NCBI GenBank assembly: GCA_013286205.1
Contig: JABDGD010000011.1
Coordinates: 90 to 64,089 of the forward strand
Reading direction: 5' to 3'
Length of the DNA stretch: 64,000 bases
Origin: Candidatus Firestoneibacteriota bacterium
GTDB taxonomy: Bacteria; Oederibacteriota; Muellerivitia; Muellerivitales; Muellerivitaceae
This document shows, piece by piece, positions 38,357 to 48,064 of this stretch. Below the pieces are notes generated by a model, which worked only from the letters and a program-made list of their open reading frames with translations, searched no databases and was not told the DNA's origin. A program made the translations under genes and the position numbers. Positions within the stretch are counted from its first letter, which is position 1. Each line of letters starts with the position of its first letter.

Positions 38357-38668
38357 TTAAAACTTAATCCAAACAACCCCATCTTCAACCACAGTAGGAA
38401 AAGTATTGAGCTTCATATCCGGTTCTTCCAGACATTCACCCGTTTTAATATTCGACCGGTAACCATGAGCTTTACAGATGATCAGATCGCCCGCGGTATT
38501 CCGCGGATCAAGTCTCACTTCGGCATGAGGACAGTAAACGCCGGTCGCGTAAACCATTTCGCCGCGACGGTGCAGCATGACCGCCATATTCTCCACTTCC
38601 ATCTCAACGCTTTTGTTGTCGATGAGTTGGTTGAAAAGAGCGGCTTTTTTAAATCCCGGCTGATCCAT
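38357..38668 (-). CDS. Rieske [2Fe-2S] ferredoxin-like protein (NirD-type small Rieske)
   Basis: Carries the Rieske ligand pattern CPH-x16-CKAH (VYCPHAEVRLDPRNTAGDLIICKAHG). The start was chosen at the Met of MDQPGF (38668) so that it does not overlap the upstream gene; the ORF track runs to 38704. Confidence 0.75.
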   Translation of the reverse strand: MDQPGFKKAALFNQLIDNKSVEMEVENMAVMLHRRGEMVYATGVYCPHAEVRLDPRNTAGDLIICKAHGYRSNIKTGECLEEPDMKLNTFPTVVEDGVVWIKF

Positions 38669-38675
38669 AAAACCT

Positions 38676-39710
38676 CTAGAGACTGTTGTTGTCGCCCAAA
38701 ACACTGCCCTTATCCAAAGGCTTTTTCACTTTGCAGCGGCGGCCCAGCACCACTTCATCTAAATGAATATCCGCCGCCACCGAGACTCCATCCCATAACA
38801 GGCTTTTCGAAACTGAACTGCCCGGGCCCAGCTTGCACTTTTTACCCAAGACAGAATAAGGAAGCACTTTGGCTCCCTTGGCGATAACACACCCATCCTC
38901 CAGAATGGCCGGCCCTTGAATCACAGCGCCCTTGGCCACCTTCACCCCTTTTCCCAAATAAACCTTTTTCGAATTTCGCTTCAATTTAGCGTAAACCGGA
39001 AAAGCCCCTCGGAGCACATCCCAATGGGTCGTCAAATATTTATAAGGCGTCCCAATGTCCTGCCAGTAGCCTTCGCTCACAAAACCGCCCATGGGCCGCT
39101 TCGCTTTTAAAATATCGGGGAACACCACCCGTTCCACTGAGCAAGGAACCACATCAGGAATAAAATCGAAAACCTCGGGTTCAAACACATAAACCCCGGC
39201 GTTAATGGTGTCGGTCACCACTTTATCCGGCGAGGGTTTTTCTAAAAATTGAGTAACACGATTTTGATGGTTCAGTAAAACCAAACCGTACATCGTCGGA
39301 TCTTCGGCGTGAACCAATCCCAATGTGACCAAATTCTTATGCTTGCGGTGAAACCGGATCATCTGGGTTAAAGACAAGGCCGTCAAAATATCACCGTTCA
39401 ACACTACCACCGGTGAGCCCTTGACGAACTTCTCACAGTTCTTGATGGCCCCCGCGGTTCCCAAAGGTGTTTTTTCCAGGGCATAGTGAATCTTCACCCC
39501 GTGCTTGCGGCCATCGCCGTAAACTTTTTTGATGTCCTGGGGCCGATAACCGATTGAAAAGACAATTTCTTTAATGCCCGCGCTTTTGAGATATTCAATT
39601 TGGTAGGTCAAAAAAGGAACGCCGCAAAGAGGCACGATGTTTTTGGGAAGGCGGTTGGTCAGGGGCCGCATACGGGTTCCCTGTCCGCCTACGAGGATAA
39701 TGGCTTTCAT
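38676..39710 (-). CDS. sugar-1-phosphate nucleotidyltransferase with C-terminal left-handed beta-helix (mannose-1-phosphate guanylyltransferase-like)
   Basis: Carries the N-terminus MKAIILVGGQGTRMRPLTNRLPKN and a C-terminal hexapeptide-repeat region. The context (PMI, PMM, gmd, fcl) favours GDP-mannose synthesis. Confidence 0.8.
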   Translation of the reverse strand: MKAIILVGGQGTRMRPLTNRLPKNIVPLCGVPFLTYQIEYLKSAGIKEIVFSIGYRPQDIKKVYGDGRKHGVKIHYALEKTPLGTAGAIKNCEKFVKGSPVVVLNGDILTALSLTQMIRFHRKHKNLVTLGLVHAEDPTMYGLVLLNHQNRVTQFLEKPSPDKVVTDTINAGVYVFEPEVFDFIPDVVPCSVERVVFPDILKAKRPMGGFVSEGYWQDIGTPYKYLTTHWDVLRGAFPVYAKLKRNSKKVYLGKGVKVAKGAVIQGPAILEDGCVIAKGAKVLPYSVLGKKCKLGPGSSVSKSLLWDGVSVAADIHLDEVVLGRRCKVKKPLDKGSVLGDNNSL

Positions 39711-39723
39711 AACGTTTCCTTAG

Positions 39724-40644
39724 TTATCGAGGCTTTCGATAATACTCGACAGTTTCCTTCAACCCCGCCTTCAAATCATAGCTGGGTTCCCATTTTAAAA
39801 GCTGCTGGGCCTTAGCGCTGTTTAAAACGCTTCGGTGCAAGTCGCCTAAACGCGGCACAATGCGCAGGGCTTGTTTGGAATAGCCGGTCAAAGAAGCCAG
39901 CGTATCAAACAATTGATTCGTTGTGGTTTCCTGGCCCGTACCAATATTGAAAGCATCGTTTTTCGGGTAGCTCAGGGCCAGCAAATTGGCCTTCGCCACA
40001 TCTTTCACGTAAACATAATCACGGACATTAAACCCGTCGCCGAAAATTTGAAGTTCCGCTCCATGCAGCATCCCATGGGTAAAAATGGCCACCACACCGC
40101 CTTCCCCTAAAGCATCCTGCCGGGGACCGTAAACGTTGGCATAGCGAAGAACCACATATTCCATCCCAAAGTTTTGGGAAAAAACATCGGCATAGCTTTC
40201 CACCGTCATCTTGCTGGCGCCATAAACCGAGAAGGGTCTGGGCTTTTGTTCTTCCGTAAAGGGTTTGTCCGCAGCCTCGCCATACATGGCGCCGCCCGAA
40301 GAGGCGTAAATAAACTTATGAACGCCGGAGCGGCGGCAAAGGTCCAGCAAAAGTACCGAACCCAAAACATTCACCTTCACATCAAAGTAAGGATCTTCCA
40401 GAGAGGCTTTGACCTTAATTTGCGCGGCGTGATGATTAACCACCTGAATCTTTTCATCCTGAAGAACTTGCTGAACTTTATCGTCCAGAATATCCATTTG
40501 ATAGAACTTGGCTTTGGGGTTGAGATTTTCTTTTTTGCCTGTGGAAAGATCATCAACGATAACCACTTCATGACCCGCTTCAAGATAGGTGTCCACCACA
40601 TGGCTGCCGATAAAGCCGGCGCCGCCGGTCACAAGTATTTTCAC
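39724..40644 (-). CDS. NAD-dependent nucleotide-sugar epimerase/dehydratase (GalE family, SDR)
   Basis: Carries the Rossmann motif VTGGAGFIGSH and the catalytic YGASK. It uses a GTG start. Confidence 0.88.
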   Translation of the reverse strand: MKILVTGGAGFIGSHVVDTYLEAGHEVVIVDDLSTGKKENLNPKAKFYQMDILDDKVQQVLQDEKIQVVNHHAAQIKVKASLEDPYFDVKVNVLGSVLLLDLCRRSGVHKFIYASSGGAMYGEAADKPFTEEQKPRPFSVYGASKMTVESYADVFSQNFGMEYVVLRYANVYGPRQDALGEGGVVAIFTHGMLHGAELQIFGDGFNVRDYVYVKDVAKANLLALSYPKNDAFNIGTGQETTTNQLFDTLASLTGYSKQALRIVPRLGDLHRSVLNSAKAQQLLKWEPSYDLKAGLKETVEYYRKPR

Positions 40645-40663
40645 AAATTCGTCCTTTTAGACA

Positions 40664-42058
40664 TTAGTAGGCATGCTCATGTTCAAGAATATCTAAAATG
40701 GTTCGAATAATAATTTTGACATCGAGCCCCAGACTCCAATTCTCAATGTAATAAATGTCATATTTAATCCGCTCGTGAAGCGAGGTATTGCCGCGAAAGC
40801 CGTTCACTTGCGCCCAGCCCGTAATGCCCGACTTCACCTGATGGCGCTCGAAATAACGCGGGATCTCTTTCTCAAACTTCTCCACCAAACCCGGAACCTC
40901 GGGGCGCGGACCCACCAGACTCATATCCCCCATCAAAACATTAAAGATCTGGGGCAATTCATCCAAACTGGTTTTACGAATAAAACTTCCGAACTTGGTA
41001 ACGCGGGGATCATTTTTAGCGGTAAAGGCCACCGTTTCAGTGCCAGCCGCCATGGAACGGAACTTCAACATTGAAAAATGCTTTCCATCACGCCCTACTC
41101 GCTTTTGCCTGAAAAATATCGGTCCTCGGGAGGAGAGTTTGACCCCTAACGCCAACAAAGGCAAAACCGGCACAACTGTTAAGAGAACAACGCCAATTAA
41201 AGCCGCGCCGAAGTCAAAAAGTCTCTTCATCAAACGGTTATACCAGGAATTTAGCGGAGCTTCTTTCATTTGGAAGATGGGCATATCCAGCAAGACATCG
41301 TTTTCCAGCGGATGTGTGATCAATCCAAAAAGATCTGAAACAATTTTATATTTCACTTGTCCATTTTGAAGCAGGACCAGCATGGGGATCAATTGAGCGT
41401 GGGCGGTTGCTGGAAGGGCGAAAATCACTTCAGCCGGATTCAACTTCTTCACCAGCTGGGAAAAATGCGACAAGATTCCCACAATTTTAAAACCTTCCAC
41501 TTCACCGGACGACTTGCTTTCGGAAACAACACCGATAACGCGATAGCCCAGTCCCGGATTCTTATGCAGCCGCTGTATCAACACCCGGGCGGTTTCACCC
41601 GATCCCACAATGAGCACCCGGGTCACGCCGATACCCCGCCGTCTTAAATAAACCTGTGTCCGGCGCAATAAAGTTCTGCCGATCCAAACCGTGACCGTGA
41701 TTAAAATGGCTGAAAAGACAATAACCAAACGGGAAAAAGCCAGAAACTTGGTCAAAAAAGTTAAGGCCGAAAGAACAATCGACGCGATAAAAACCCCTTG
41801 AAGCACTTTCGAAAGTTCATCCACGCTCGAAAGACCGCGTCTTTGACGGTAAAGACCCGCGTATTTAAAGACCACCAAATAAACCAGAATAAATGAGGCC
41901 AAAAAAGTCCGGTAATGGGGATAGGACGTCACGGACCAAACTTGAATCCATCCGGAATGAAACCGAATCCAGTTCGCGCCCATAAACGAGATCGCTACCA
42001 TCAAGCCATCCAGAAAAAAGCTGATGAGCGAAAACAAAGACCGAATATGAATTTTCAT
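40664..42058 (-). CDS. polyprenyl-phosphate hexose-1-phosphate transferase (WbaP/EpsB-type priming sugar transferase)
   Basis: 464 aa with an N-terminal 4-5 TM segments and a central Rossmann-like region (VLIVGSG). The C-terminal bacterial sugar-transferase domain reads RLFDFGAALIGV...GPIFFRQKRVG...MSLVGPRPE. Confidence 0.88.
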   Translation of the reverse strand: MKIHIRSLFSLISFFLDGLMVAISFMGANWIRFHSGWIQVWSVTSYPHYRTFLASFILVYLVVFKYAGLYRQRRGLSSVDELSKVLQGVFIASIVLSALTFLTKFLAFSRLVIVFSAILITVTVWIGRTLLRRTQVYLRRRGIGVTRVLIVGSGETARVLIQRLHKNPGLGYRVIGVVSESKSSGEVEGFKIVGILSHFSQLVKKLNPAEVIFALPATAHAQLIPMLVLLQNGQVKYKIVSDLFGLITHPLENDVLLDMPIFQMKEAPLNSWYNRLMKRLFDFGAALIGVVLLTVVPVLPLLALGVKLSSRGPIFFRQKRVGRDGKHFSMLKFRSMAAGTETVAFTAKNDPRVTKFGSFIRKTSLDELPQIFNVLMGDMSLVGPRPEVPGLVEKFEKEIPRYFERHQVKSGITGWAQVNGFRGNTSLHERIKYDIYYIENWSLGLDVKIIIRTILDILEHEHAY

Positions 42059-42142
42059 AACACCTCAAGTTCAAATCAAATCGAAGTCTAGTTTATACGC
42101 CCGGGCCAAACCCAGTAAATATCTACTTAACTATAGTTAAAA

Positions 42143-43255
42143 TCAGACTTTATTGTTATCCGCGATGGTGGGAATGCCGTAAAGTTTGCGGAAATAAATC
42201 TGAGCGCGGAACAAAAACCGCTCTTTCGAGAAAGAATTCGCTTTTTGACGCAATACTTGCGGGTCAAAGGTCATGGTTTCAAAACGATCCATCGCTTCTT
42301 CAAGGGCCTTTTCGGTCTGTTCAAAGAAAAAAACACCTGTTTTCCCGTCTTCCGCACTGTCTAAAACACCGCCTTTGCCGAACGCGATAACCGGGCAGCC
42401 CGAAGCCATGGATTCTACGGGCACGATTCCAAAATCCTCTTTGCCGGGAAATAGCAGGGCCTTCGCCTTGTCATAATATTGAGGCATCTCCTCATCCGAA
42501 ACCCATCCTTTAAAACTAATGGTAGGACCCGCGATGGACTTCAGTTTCTTTTCTTCGCTCCCCTTGCCCACCACCACTAGCGGCCAGTTTCTTTTCGTGC
42601 ATACCTTTACAGCCAGATCCACTTTTTTATAAGGAACCAAAGCGGAAATAATCAAAAAGTAATCGCCCTTGCCGGTTTTAATTCTAAATTTATCTACATC
42701 CACAGGCGGGTGAAGCACTTCGGACTCCCGTCCATAAATTCGTTTAATCCGATTTTGAACTTCAGTGGAGTTAGCTAAAAAATGGGTAACACCTTTATTT
42801 GACCTCAAGTCGCACCATTGCAAATAAGGGCGGAACAACTTCGCGAACCACCGAACAGGAGCCGCCGCGGAGGGGCCAAAATAATCGTCAAATAAATCCC
42901 AGATATACCGCATGGGCGTATGGCAATAACAAACATGGATGGCGTTTTTAGGATTTCGAACCCATTTGGCGCAGGCCGAGCTGGACGATACGATCAAATC
43001 GTAATCCGACACATTTAAGCCGGCTGTCAGACCCCAAAACAGCGGCAGGTAATACTGATATTTGGTTTTTCCAAAAGGAAGGTGCTGGAGAGCGGACGTG
43101 GTTATCTTTTGTTTTTTAACAACGGGATCCATCCGCTCTGGAATATAGACCAGTGTAAAAATGTCAGCTCCGGGGAAAAGTTCCAAAAGGCTCAAAAGAA
43201 CTTTCTCGCCGCCCCGCATCCCGGTCATCCAGTCATGAACAATCGCTATACGCAT
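42143..43255 (-). CDS. GT4-family glycosyltransferase
   Basis: Carries the N-terminus MRIAIVHDWMTGMRGGEKV and the GT-B C-terminal motif EDFGIVPVESMASGCPVIA. Confidence 0.85.
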   Translation of the reverse strand: MRIAIVHDWMTGMRGGEKVLLSLLELFPGADIFTLVYIPERMDPVVKKQKITTSALQHLPFGKTKYQYYLPLFWGLTAGLNVSDYDLIVSSSSACAKWVRNPKNAIHVCYCHTPMRYIWDLFDDYFGPSAAAPVRWFAKLFRPYLQWCDLRSNKGVTHFLANSTEVQNRIKRIYGRESEVLHPPVDVDKFRIKTGKGDYFLIISALVPYKKVDLAVKVCTKRNWPLVVVGKGSEEKKLKSIAGPTISFKGWVSDEEMPQYYDKAKALLFPGKEDFGIVPVESMASGCPVIAFGKGGVLDSAEDGKTGVFFFEQTEKALEEAMDRFETMTFDPQVLRQKANSFSKERFLFRAQIYFRKLYGIPTIADNNKV

Positions 43256-43305
43256 TCAAAACCTTTTTTCGAAATAGAAGAAAAAGAGAGGAAAAAACCA
43301 ACAAC

Positions 43306-43647
43306 CTAAAACACGAATAAATTTAAAGCGAAAAGAACAACACCGATGGCCAGGGCGGCCAAAAAGCCGGCCAGAGCGATTCTGGGCAAGTCCCAATTCA
43401 GGTTTTTCTCTTTTTGACTGAAGCTCACATTGGTCAAGCCGTCATTTTCAGCTAAATGAGCACAGCGGTCAGCCGAGAATGATTTTGAAGCCCAGGCGGT
43501 TGTCCAGCATTGGCGGCAAACCTTTTGGGCGCAGTGGGGGCATTCAGCGAAGTCCTTCGGATAAAGCGTCAGCTTGGTATCGCAAATCTGACAGCGATTT
43601 TCACCCGCGACAACTGTAGAGTTTTTTCTGGATAGCTTGTTGGACAA
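43306..43647 (-). CDS. tail-anchored hypothetical protein: N-terminal triple CxxC zinc-ribbon-like domain plus a C-terminal TM helix
   Basis: 113 aa. It has the Cys pairs CQIC...CPHC...CRQC, then IALAGFLAALAIGVVLFALNLFVF at the extreme C-terminus. The TTG start makes the coding call less certain. Confidence 0.5.
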   Translation of the reverse strand: MSNKLSRKNSTVVAGENRCQICDTKLTLYPKDFAECPHCAQKVCRQCWTTAWASKSFSADRCAHLAENDGLTNVSFSQKEKNLNWDLPRIALAGFLAALAIGVVLFALNLFVF

Positions 43648-43768
43648 CTGTTTCGCCCTCGTTTTTTATAGCGGATTTTCGTTGGATCGACCGTGAAAGT
43701 TTACTATCGGGAAGGTGTTTTTTAAACTCTATTCGCCATTTCATTGGACTGGCGCGAAAAACCAAACT

Positions 43769-44704
43769 CTATTGGCGCAGCTTTCCTGAGGACATTTCCT
43801 CCAGATAGCTTTGATAGGTTAACCGGATGCCCTCTTGAAGGCTGACCTTGGCTTTCCATCCCAGCGCGGTTAATCGGGATACATCCATCAACTTCCGCGG
43901 CGTTCCATCCGGCTTAGTCGTATCCCAACTCACTTCACCCGGATAGCCAACCATCCCAGCTACCCCTAAGGCCAATTCATTAATCGACACATCCTCGCCC
44001 AGACCGACGTTTACCAGATCGGGAGGGTTATCAAGACCCAGCAAAAAAGCACAGGCATCCGCCAAATCATCCACATACAAAAATTCCCGTTTCGGAGTAC
44101 CCGTTCCCCACAAAACCACTTTTGAATTTCCAGAAGCCTTGGCCTCGTGGAACTTGCGAATCAAAGCGGGCAGAACGTGCGAATTCTGAAGATGGTAATT
44201 ATCGCCAGGTCCATAAAGATTGGTCGGCATCGCGGAATGAAAAAGAACCCCGTACTGTTTTCTATAATATTCGCACATCTTCAATCCCGCGATCTTAGCG
44301 ATGGCGTAGGCTTCGTTGGTCGGTTCTAACGGACCAGTTAAAAGACTGTCTTCCGGCATGGGTTGAGGCGCCAACTTGGGATAGATACAGGAACTTCCCA
44401 AAAAAAGCAGACGTTTCACACAGGCGCGATGGGCGCCTTCAATGCAATGGGTGGCTATGGCGAGATTTTGAAGAAGAAATTCGGCTGGATAGGTGTTATT
44501 CGCCAGAATGCCTCCAACCTTCGCCGCCGCGATAATGGCCGTATCCGGTTTTTCTTTTTCATAAAAATCAAAAACCTGCTTTTGGTTCGCTAAGTCCAAT
44601 TGGTTACGATCCCTCAGTAAAAGTTCCACGCCTTTCTCCGCGCGGAAACGTCTTACCAGGGCCGAGCCCACCATGCCTTTATGCCCAGCGATAAATAGTT
44701 TCAA
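43769..44704 (-). CDS. fcl: GDP-L-fucose synthase (GDP-4-keto-6-deoxymannose 3,5-epimerase/4-reductase)
   Basis: Motifs: [20 protein letters not shown] and YAIAKIAG. It sits immediately downstream of gmd and uses a TTG start. Confidence 0.9.
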   Translation of the reverse strand: MKLFIAGHKGMVGSALVRRFRAEKGVELLLRDRNQLDLANQKQVFDFYEKEKPDTAIIAAAKVGGILANNTYPAEFLLQNLAIATHCIEGAHRACVKRLLFLGSSCIYPKLAPQPMPEDSLLTGPLEPTNEAYAIAKIAGLKMCEYYRKQYGVLFHSAMPTNLYGPGDNYHLQNSHVLPALIRKFHEAKASGNSKVVLWGTGTPKREFLYVDDLADACAFLLGLDNPPDLVNVGLGEDVSINELALGVAGMVGYPGEVSWDTTKPDGTPRKLMDVSRLTALGWKAKVSLQEGIRLTYQSYLEEMSSGKLRQ

Positions 44705-44750
44705 TGATGACCCTTACTTTGAAATTCTGAACGCCTGAGTCGACCGTTGA

Positions 44751-45761
44751 TTAGGCGTCTCTCTTCTTTTCTTTAACGGCCATTTCCATGTCATGGGCCA
44801 CCATGCGATGCACCAATTGCTCGAATGAGGTCTCATTGCGCCATCCCAAAACACGGCGGGCTTTAGTCGAATCGCCCTTGAGGTAATCCACTTCAGTGGG
44901 CCGCAAGTAGCGAGCGTCAAACTTGACGTATTTTTTCCAGTCCAGTTTGGCGCAGTCAAAAGCTACTTTTAAAAAGTCTTTCACTGAATAGGTTTCACCC
45001 GTAGCGATGACGTAATCATCAGCCTTCTTTTGCTGAAGCATGAGCCACATGCCCCTGACAAATTCCTTGGCGTCGCCCCAGTCTCTCTGCGCGTCCAAAT
45101 TGCCAAGATAAAGCTCTTTTTGAAGACCCAATTTGATTCGTCCCAGCGCCCGGGTAATTTTGCGGGTCACAAAGGTCTCTCCACGCCGTTCGCTTTCGTG
45201 GTTGAAAAGGATGCCGTTAGAAATATGAAGGCCGTAAGCTTCTCTGTAATTTTTGGCGGCCCAAAAAGAATAGAGTTTCGCTACCCCGTAAGGGCTGCGC
45301 GGATAAAAGGGACTCTTTTCGTTATAGCCTTTTTTAGGACAATCCAACCCGCCATAAAGTTCCGAACTGCTGGCTTGATAAAACTTGGCTTTCGGGCAGG
45401 CGGAACGCATAGCTTCCAAAAGCTTGAGGGTGCCGATACCGGTCACTTCCCCGGTGTATTCGGGCTGGTCAAAAGAAACGCGAACATGACTTTGAGCGCC
45501 CAGATTATAAATTTCATCCGGTTTAATTTGGTGAAGCAGTTTGAAAAGCCCTGAAGAGTCGGACAGGTCGCCGAAATGAAGAAACATTCTCACGCCATGG
45601 ACATGGGAATCCTGATAGATATGGTCAATCCGCTGGGTATTGAAGGAAGAAGACCGGCGCACCATGCCGTGAACTTCGTAACCCTTTTCCAGGAGAAAAT
45701 CCGCCAGCCAGGAGCCATCCTGACCCGTAATACCTGTAATAAACGCCTTTTTCTTTTTCAT
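44751..45761 (-). CDS. gmd: GDP-mannose 4,6-dehydratase
   Basis: Motifs: [40 protein letters not shown] and NHESERRG. Confidence 0.95.
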   Translation of the reverse strand: MKKKKAFITGITGQDGSWLADFLLEKGYEVHGMVRRSSSFNTQRIDHIYQDSHVHGVRMFLHFGDLSDSSGLFKLLHQIKPDEIYNLGAQSHVRVSFDQPEYTGEVTGIGTLKLLEAMRSACPKAKFYQASSSELYGGLDCPKKGYNEKSPFYPRSPYGVAKLYSFWAAKNYREAYGLHISNGILFNHESERRGETFVTRKITRALGRIKLGLQKELYLGNLDAQRDWGDAKEFVRGMWLMLQQKKADDYVIATGETYSVKDFLKVAFDCAKLDWKKYVKFDARYLRPTEVDYLKGDSTKARRVLGWRNETSFEQLVHRMVAHDMEMAVKEKKRDA

Positions 45762-45848
45762 GGTTTCCTTAGTCGGGTGAAAATATTTTTAAATACCCTG
45801 TTTGGGGATTAATCATAGGTGCTTCCAAAATCCGGCGCAACCGAGACT

Positions 45849-47054
45849 TCACGGCGCCAGAAGTTTTTTAAGTTCGCTTTCCCAACCATCCAACACGGCC
45901 TTTTTCGAGAAATACTTTTGATAAGTGTTATGACAATGCGTAAAAAGTTCCAACTTACGGCGATTATCCATGGAAAAAGCCGTCATATCGGCGGCAATTT
46001 CATTGGTGTTTTTATCCGTCAAAACCCAGCCCAGACCATATTGCCGAATCCATCCGGCAATCGCCGAAACTTCATCGCCCTCAAAAAGAATGGGCCGGCC
46101 TACGGCTAAAGCCCCAAAGAATTTAGAGGGAACCGCCACGCCCGTATAGGAAGACTTCAGTGACACTATATGGATATCGGGAGCGGACAAGCGGTCCATC
46201 AGCTTGTCGACAGAAGCAAAAGGCACAAAACGAATATTGGTGTCCTTCTCCGTCAAATAGGATTTCAAAACTTCTACCCGCTTGCCTCGCGCGCTAAAAA
46301 CAAAGCTGGCGGCTTCGCCCATTTTTCTGGCCAGGGTCACTGTTTTCTCAAACTCATGTGGATGACTAAGATTGCCGGAATAAAGCAAACCCAAAGAAGA
46401 GTTTCCGAATAGGTTTTTTCTTTCATCCGCGTCAAACGACAACGCGACCGCAGGTTCTTCAAGCGCCCATGGCGTCAAAGTAGCGTTTTCACGAATGGGA
46501 TATTCCTCTAACTTTTTCCGCATGCAGGCGCCTAAATCAACAACCACATCACACTTCCGATAAGCCCATCGGAGCATTTTCTTTAAGAAACGAACCACCC
46601 CACTGTTTTCGGAAATAAGTCCCTCAGCCACCGCGTATTCGGGATAAAGGTCAAAACACCAATGGGCTATTTTTGTTCGGGGCCATCGCAGTTTGAGGAA
46701 AGGAACCAACAGCACGGCAAAAATGGGATCGGTACCGATCACGACAGCGTCGGGACTTCTGGTCAAGAAAGCCCGAAACAACCAGGCCATTTCTACCCAG
46801 GCGGCATTGAGAACGCGGCCGATAAACCGATGCTGGTTGAAAGCCGGACGCCAAACCCGCCGTATCAAAACCCCATCCGCTTTTTCTGATTTTAAAGAGT
46901 AGTTTTGATCCTCGTGGTGACAGCTTCGGTTGCAGGGCCAGGTTTCCACTTCCCAGTTTTTAGCCGACAACCCTTCACCCAGACCCGTAAATTGCAAAGC
47001 ACTGACCACATCATCGGGACGGTAATATTGATAAAGGAGAAGAACTTTGGGCAC
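45849..47054 (-). CDS. GT4-like glycosyltransferase (WcaI-like)
   Basis: 401 aa. The N-terminus KVLLLYQYYRPD resembles WcaI-type GT-B enzymes. It uses a GTG start. The family call is from memory. Confidence 0.7.
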   Translation of the reverse strand: MPKVLLLYQYYRPDDVVSALQFTGLGEGLSAKNWEVETWPCNRSCHHEDQNYSLKSEKADGVLIRRVWRPAFNQHRFIGRVLNAAWVEMAWLFRAFLTRSPDAVVIGTDPIFAVLLVPFLKLRWPRTKIAHWCFDLYPEYAVAEGLISENSGVVRFLKKMLRWAYRKCDVVVDLGACMRKKLEEYPIRENATLTPWALEEPAVALSFDADERKNLFGNSSLGLLYSGNLSHPHEFEKTVTLARKMGEAASFVFSARGKRVEVLKSYLTEKDTNIRFVPFASVDKLMDRLSAPDIHIVSLKSSYTGVAVPSKFFGALAVGRPILFEGDEVSAIAGWIRQYGLGWVLTDKNTNEIAADMTAFSMDNRRKLELFTHCHNTYQKYFSKKAVLDGWESELKKLLAP

Positions 47055-47101
47055 GGGTTAGGAATCCTTTGACTGAATCATGGGCGCGGATAAAAGACAG
47101 C

Positions 47102-48064
47102 TCAACGCTTTTTATCCACCAGCTTTTGTAACGCTGACTTCATCACCTTCGGATGAGCCGCGCCCCTCGCCGGGTAAGGTACATAGGGAATGAGGTTTCG
47201 CGATACTCCCTCTTCTTGTTTAAGGCCTATCCAATAAAAGTAAATCCCATGAAGAAAAGCGTAGCGAAAACCAGTTTTTCCATCCAGAAAACCTAATTTC
47301 ACGATGTAGCGGTAAAGAAAAAATAAGAAGTGCCGTAAGGGGAATTTCCAAAAGAAACGCCTCAGCCACATGCGTCTTTGATCCGCCTCCCCAAACAAAC
47401 GGGGTTTCACATCCCCGGTAACATTGCCTTCCATCATAGCCGCCGCTTCCATGGAGGAATAACGGTTATGCTTTTCAATCCAATCCGCTAATCCCTTACT
47501 ATTTTCATTCAAATGGTCCACGAAACTATGGAACCGGATGGTTTTTCCCTTCACGAGCGCGTGTTCATTCACAGACCGGTTTTCAAACGCCGCTTTGCCC
47601 GATTTCCACAAGCGCAGGTCGTAATTGTTAGTCGTGCCACCCCAGCGAAGCCGGTGACCCATAAAAATCATGGCCCGGCGGAAGTAAACACCTTCCGCAT
47701 CCTGTTCAGCCGCGCTCCAAAAAGCTTCAGCTTCTTTTTTAAATGCAGGGGTCACCCGTTCATCCGCGTCCAGTTTCAGCGTCCAGGCGCCTTTGATCGG
47801 CAAGTGACGAAGCGCCCAGTTCCATTGGCTGGAGTAATTCTCAAAACGGTGTTGAACCACGCCGACCCCATCCCTGCTTCGCGACAGGGCGATGTCGACC
47901 GTTCGGTCAGTGCTGTAAGAATCCACCACGAAAATCTCGCGGGCCCAACCCGAGACCGAATCCAGGCATTCGGACAAATTTCTTTCCTCGTTAAAGGTCA
48001 TCACAATAACGGTCAGATCGGTCATGGTCGGATTTTCACTTTTGCTTTTTGATTTCAGAACCAT
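47102..48064 (-). CDS. GT2-family glycosyltransferase
   Basis: Motifs: TVIVMTFNEERNL, VVDSYSTDRT and LDADE (DXD). Confidence 0.85.
   Translation of the reverse strand: MVLKSKSKSENPTMTDLTVIVMTFNEERNLSECLDSVSGWAREIFVVDSYSTDRTVDIALSRSRDGVGVVQHRFENYSSQWNWALRHLPIKGAWTLKLDADERVTPAFKKEAEAFWSAAEQDAEGVYFRRAMIFMGHRLRWGGTTNNYDLRLWKSGKAAFENRSVNEHALVKGKTIRFHSFVDHLNENSKGLADWIEKHNRYSSMEAAAMMEGNVTGDVKPRLFGEADQRRMWLRRFFWKFPLRHFLFFLYRYIVKLGFLDGKTGFRYAFLHGIYFYWIGLKQEEGVSRNLIPYVPYPARGAAHPKVMKSALQKLVDKKR

Noticed and set aside
40174-40710. 178-aa plus-strand ORF.
   Set aside because: It is antisense to the GalE-family gene, which has clear Rossmann and YxxxK motifs.
44714-44959. 81-aa minus-strand ORF overlapping the 3' end of gmd.
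   Set aside because: It is an alternative frame of the gmd C-terminal region and has no independent signals. gmd motifs account for this DNA.
47513-48052. 179-aa plus-strand ORF. Similar cases occur at 45030-45554, 669-1100 and 58268-58711.
   Set aside because: All lie antisense to motif-supported minus-strand genes (GT2, gmd, carB and the aminotransferase).
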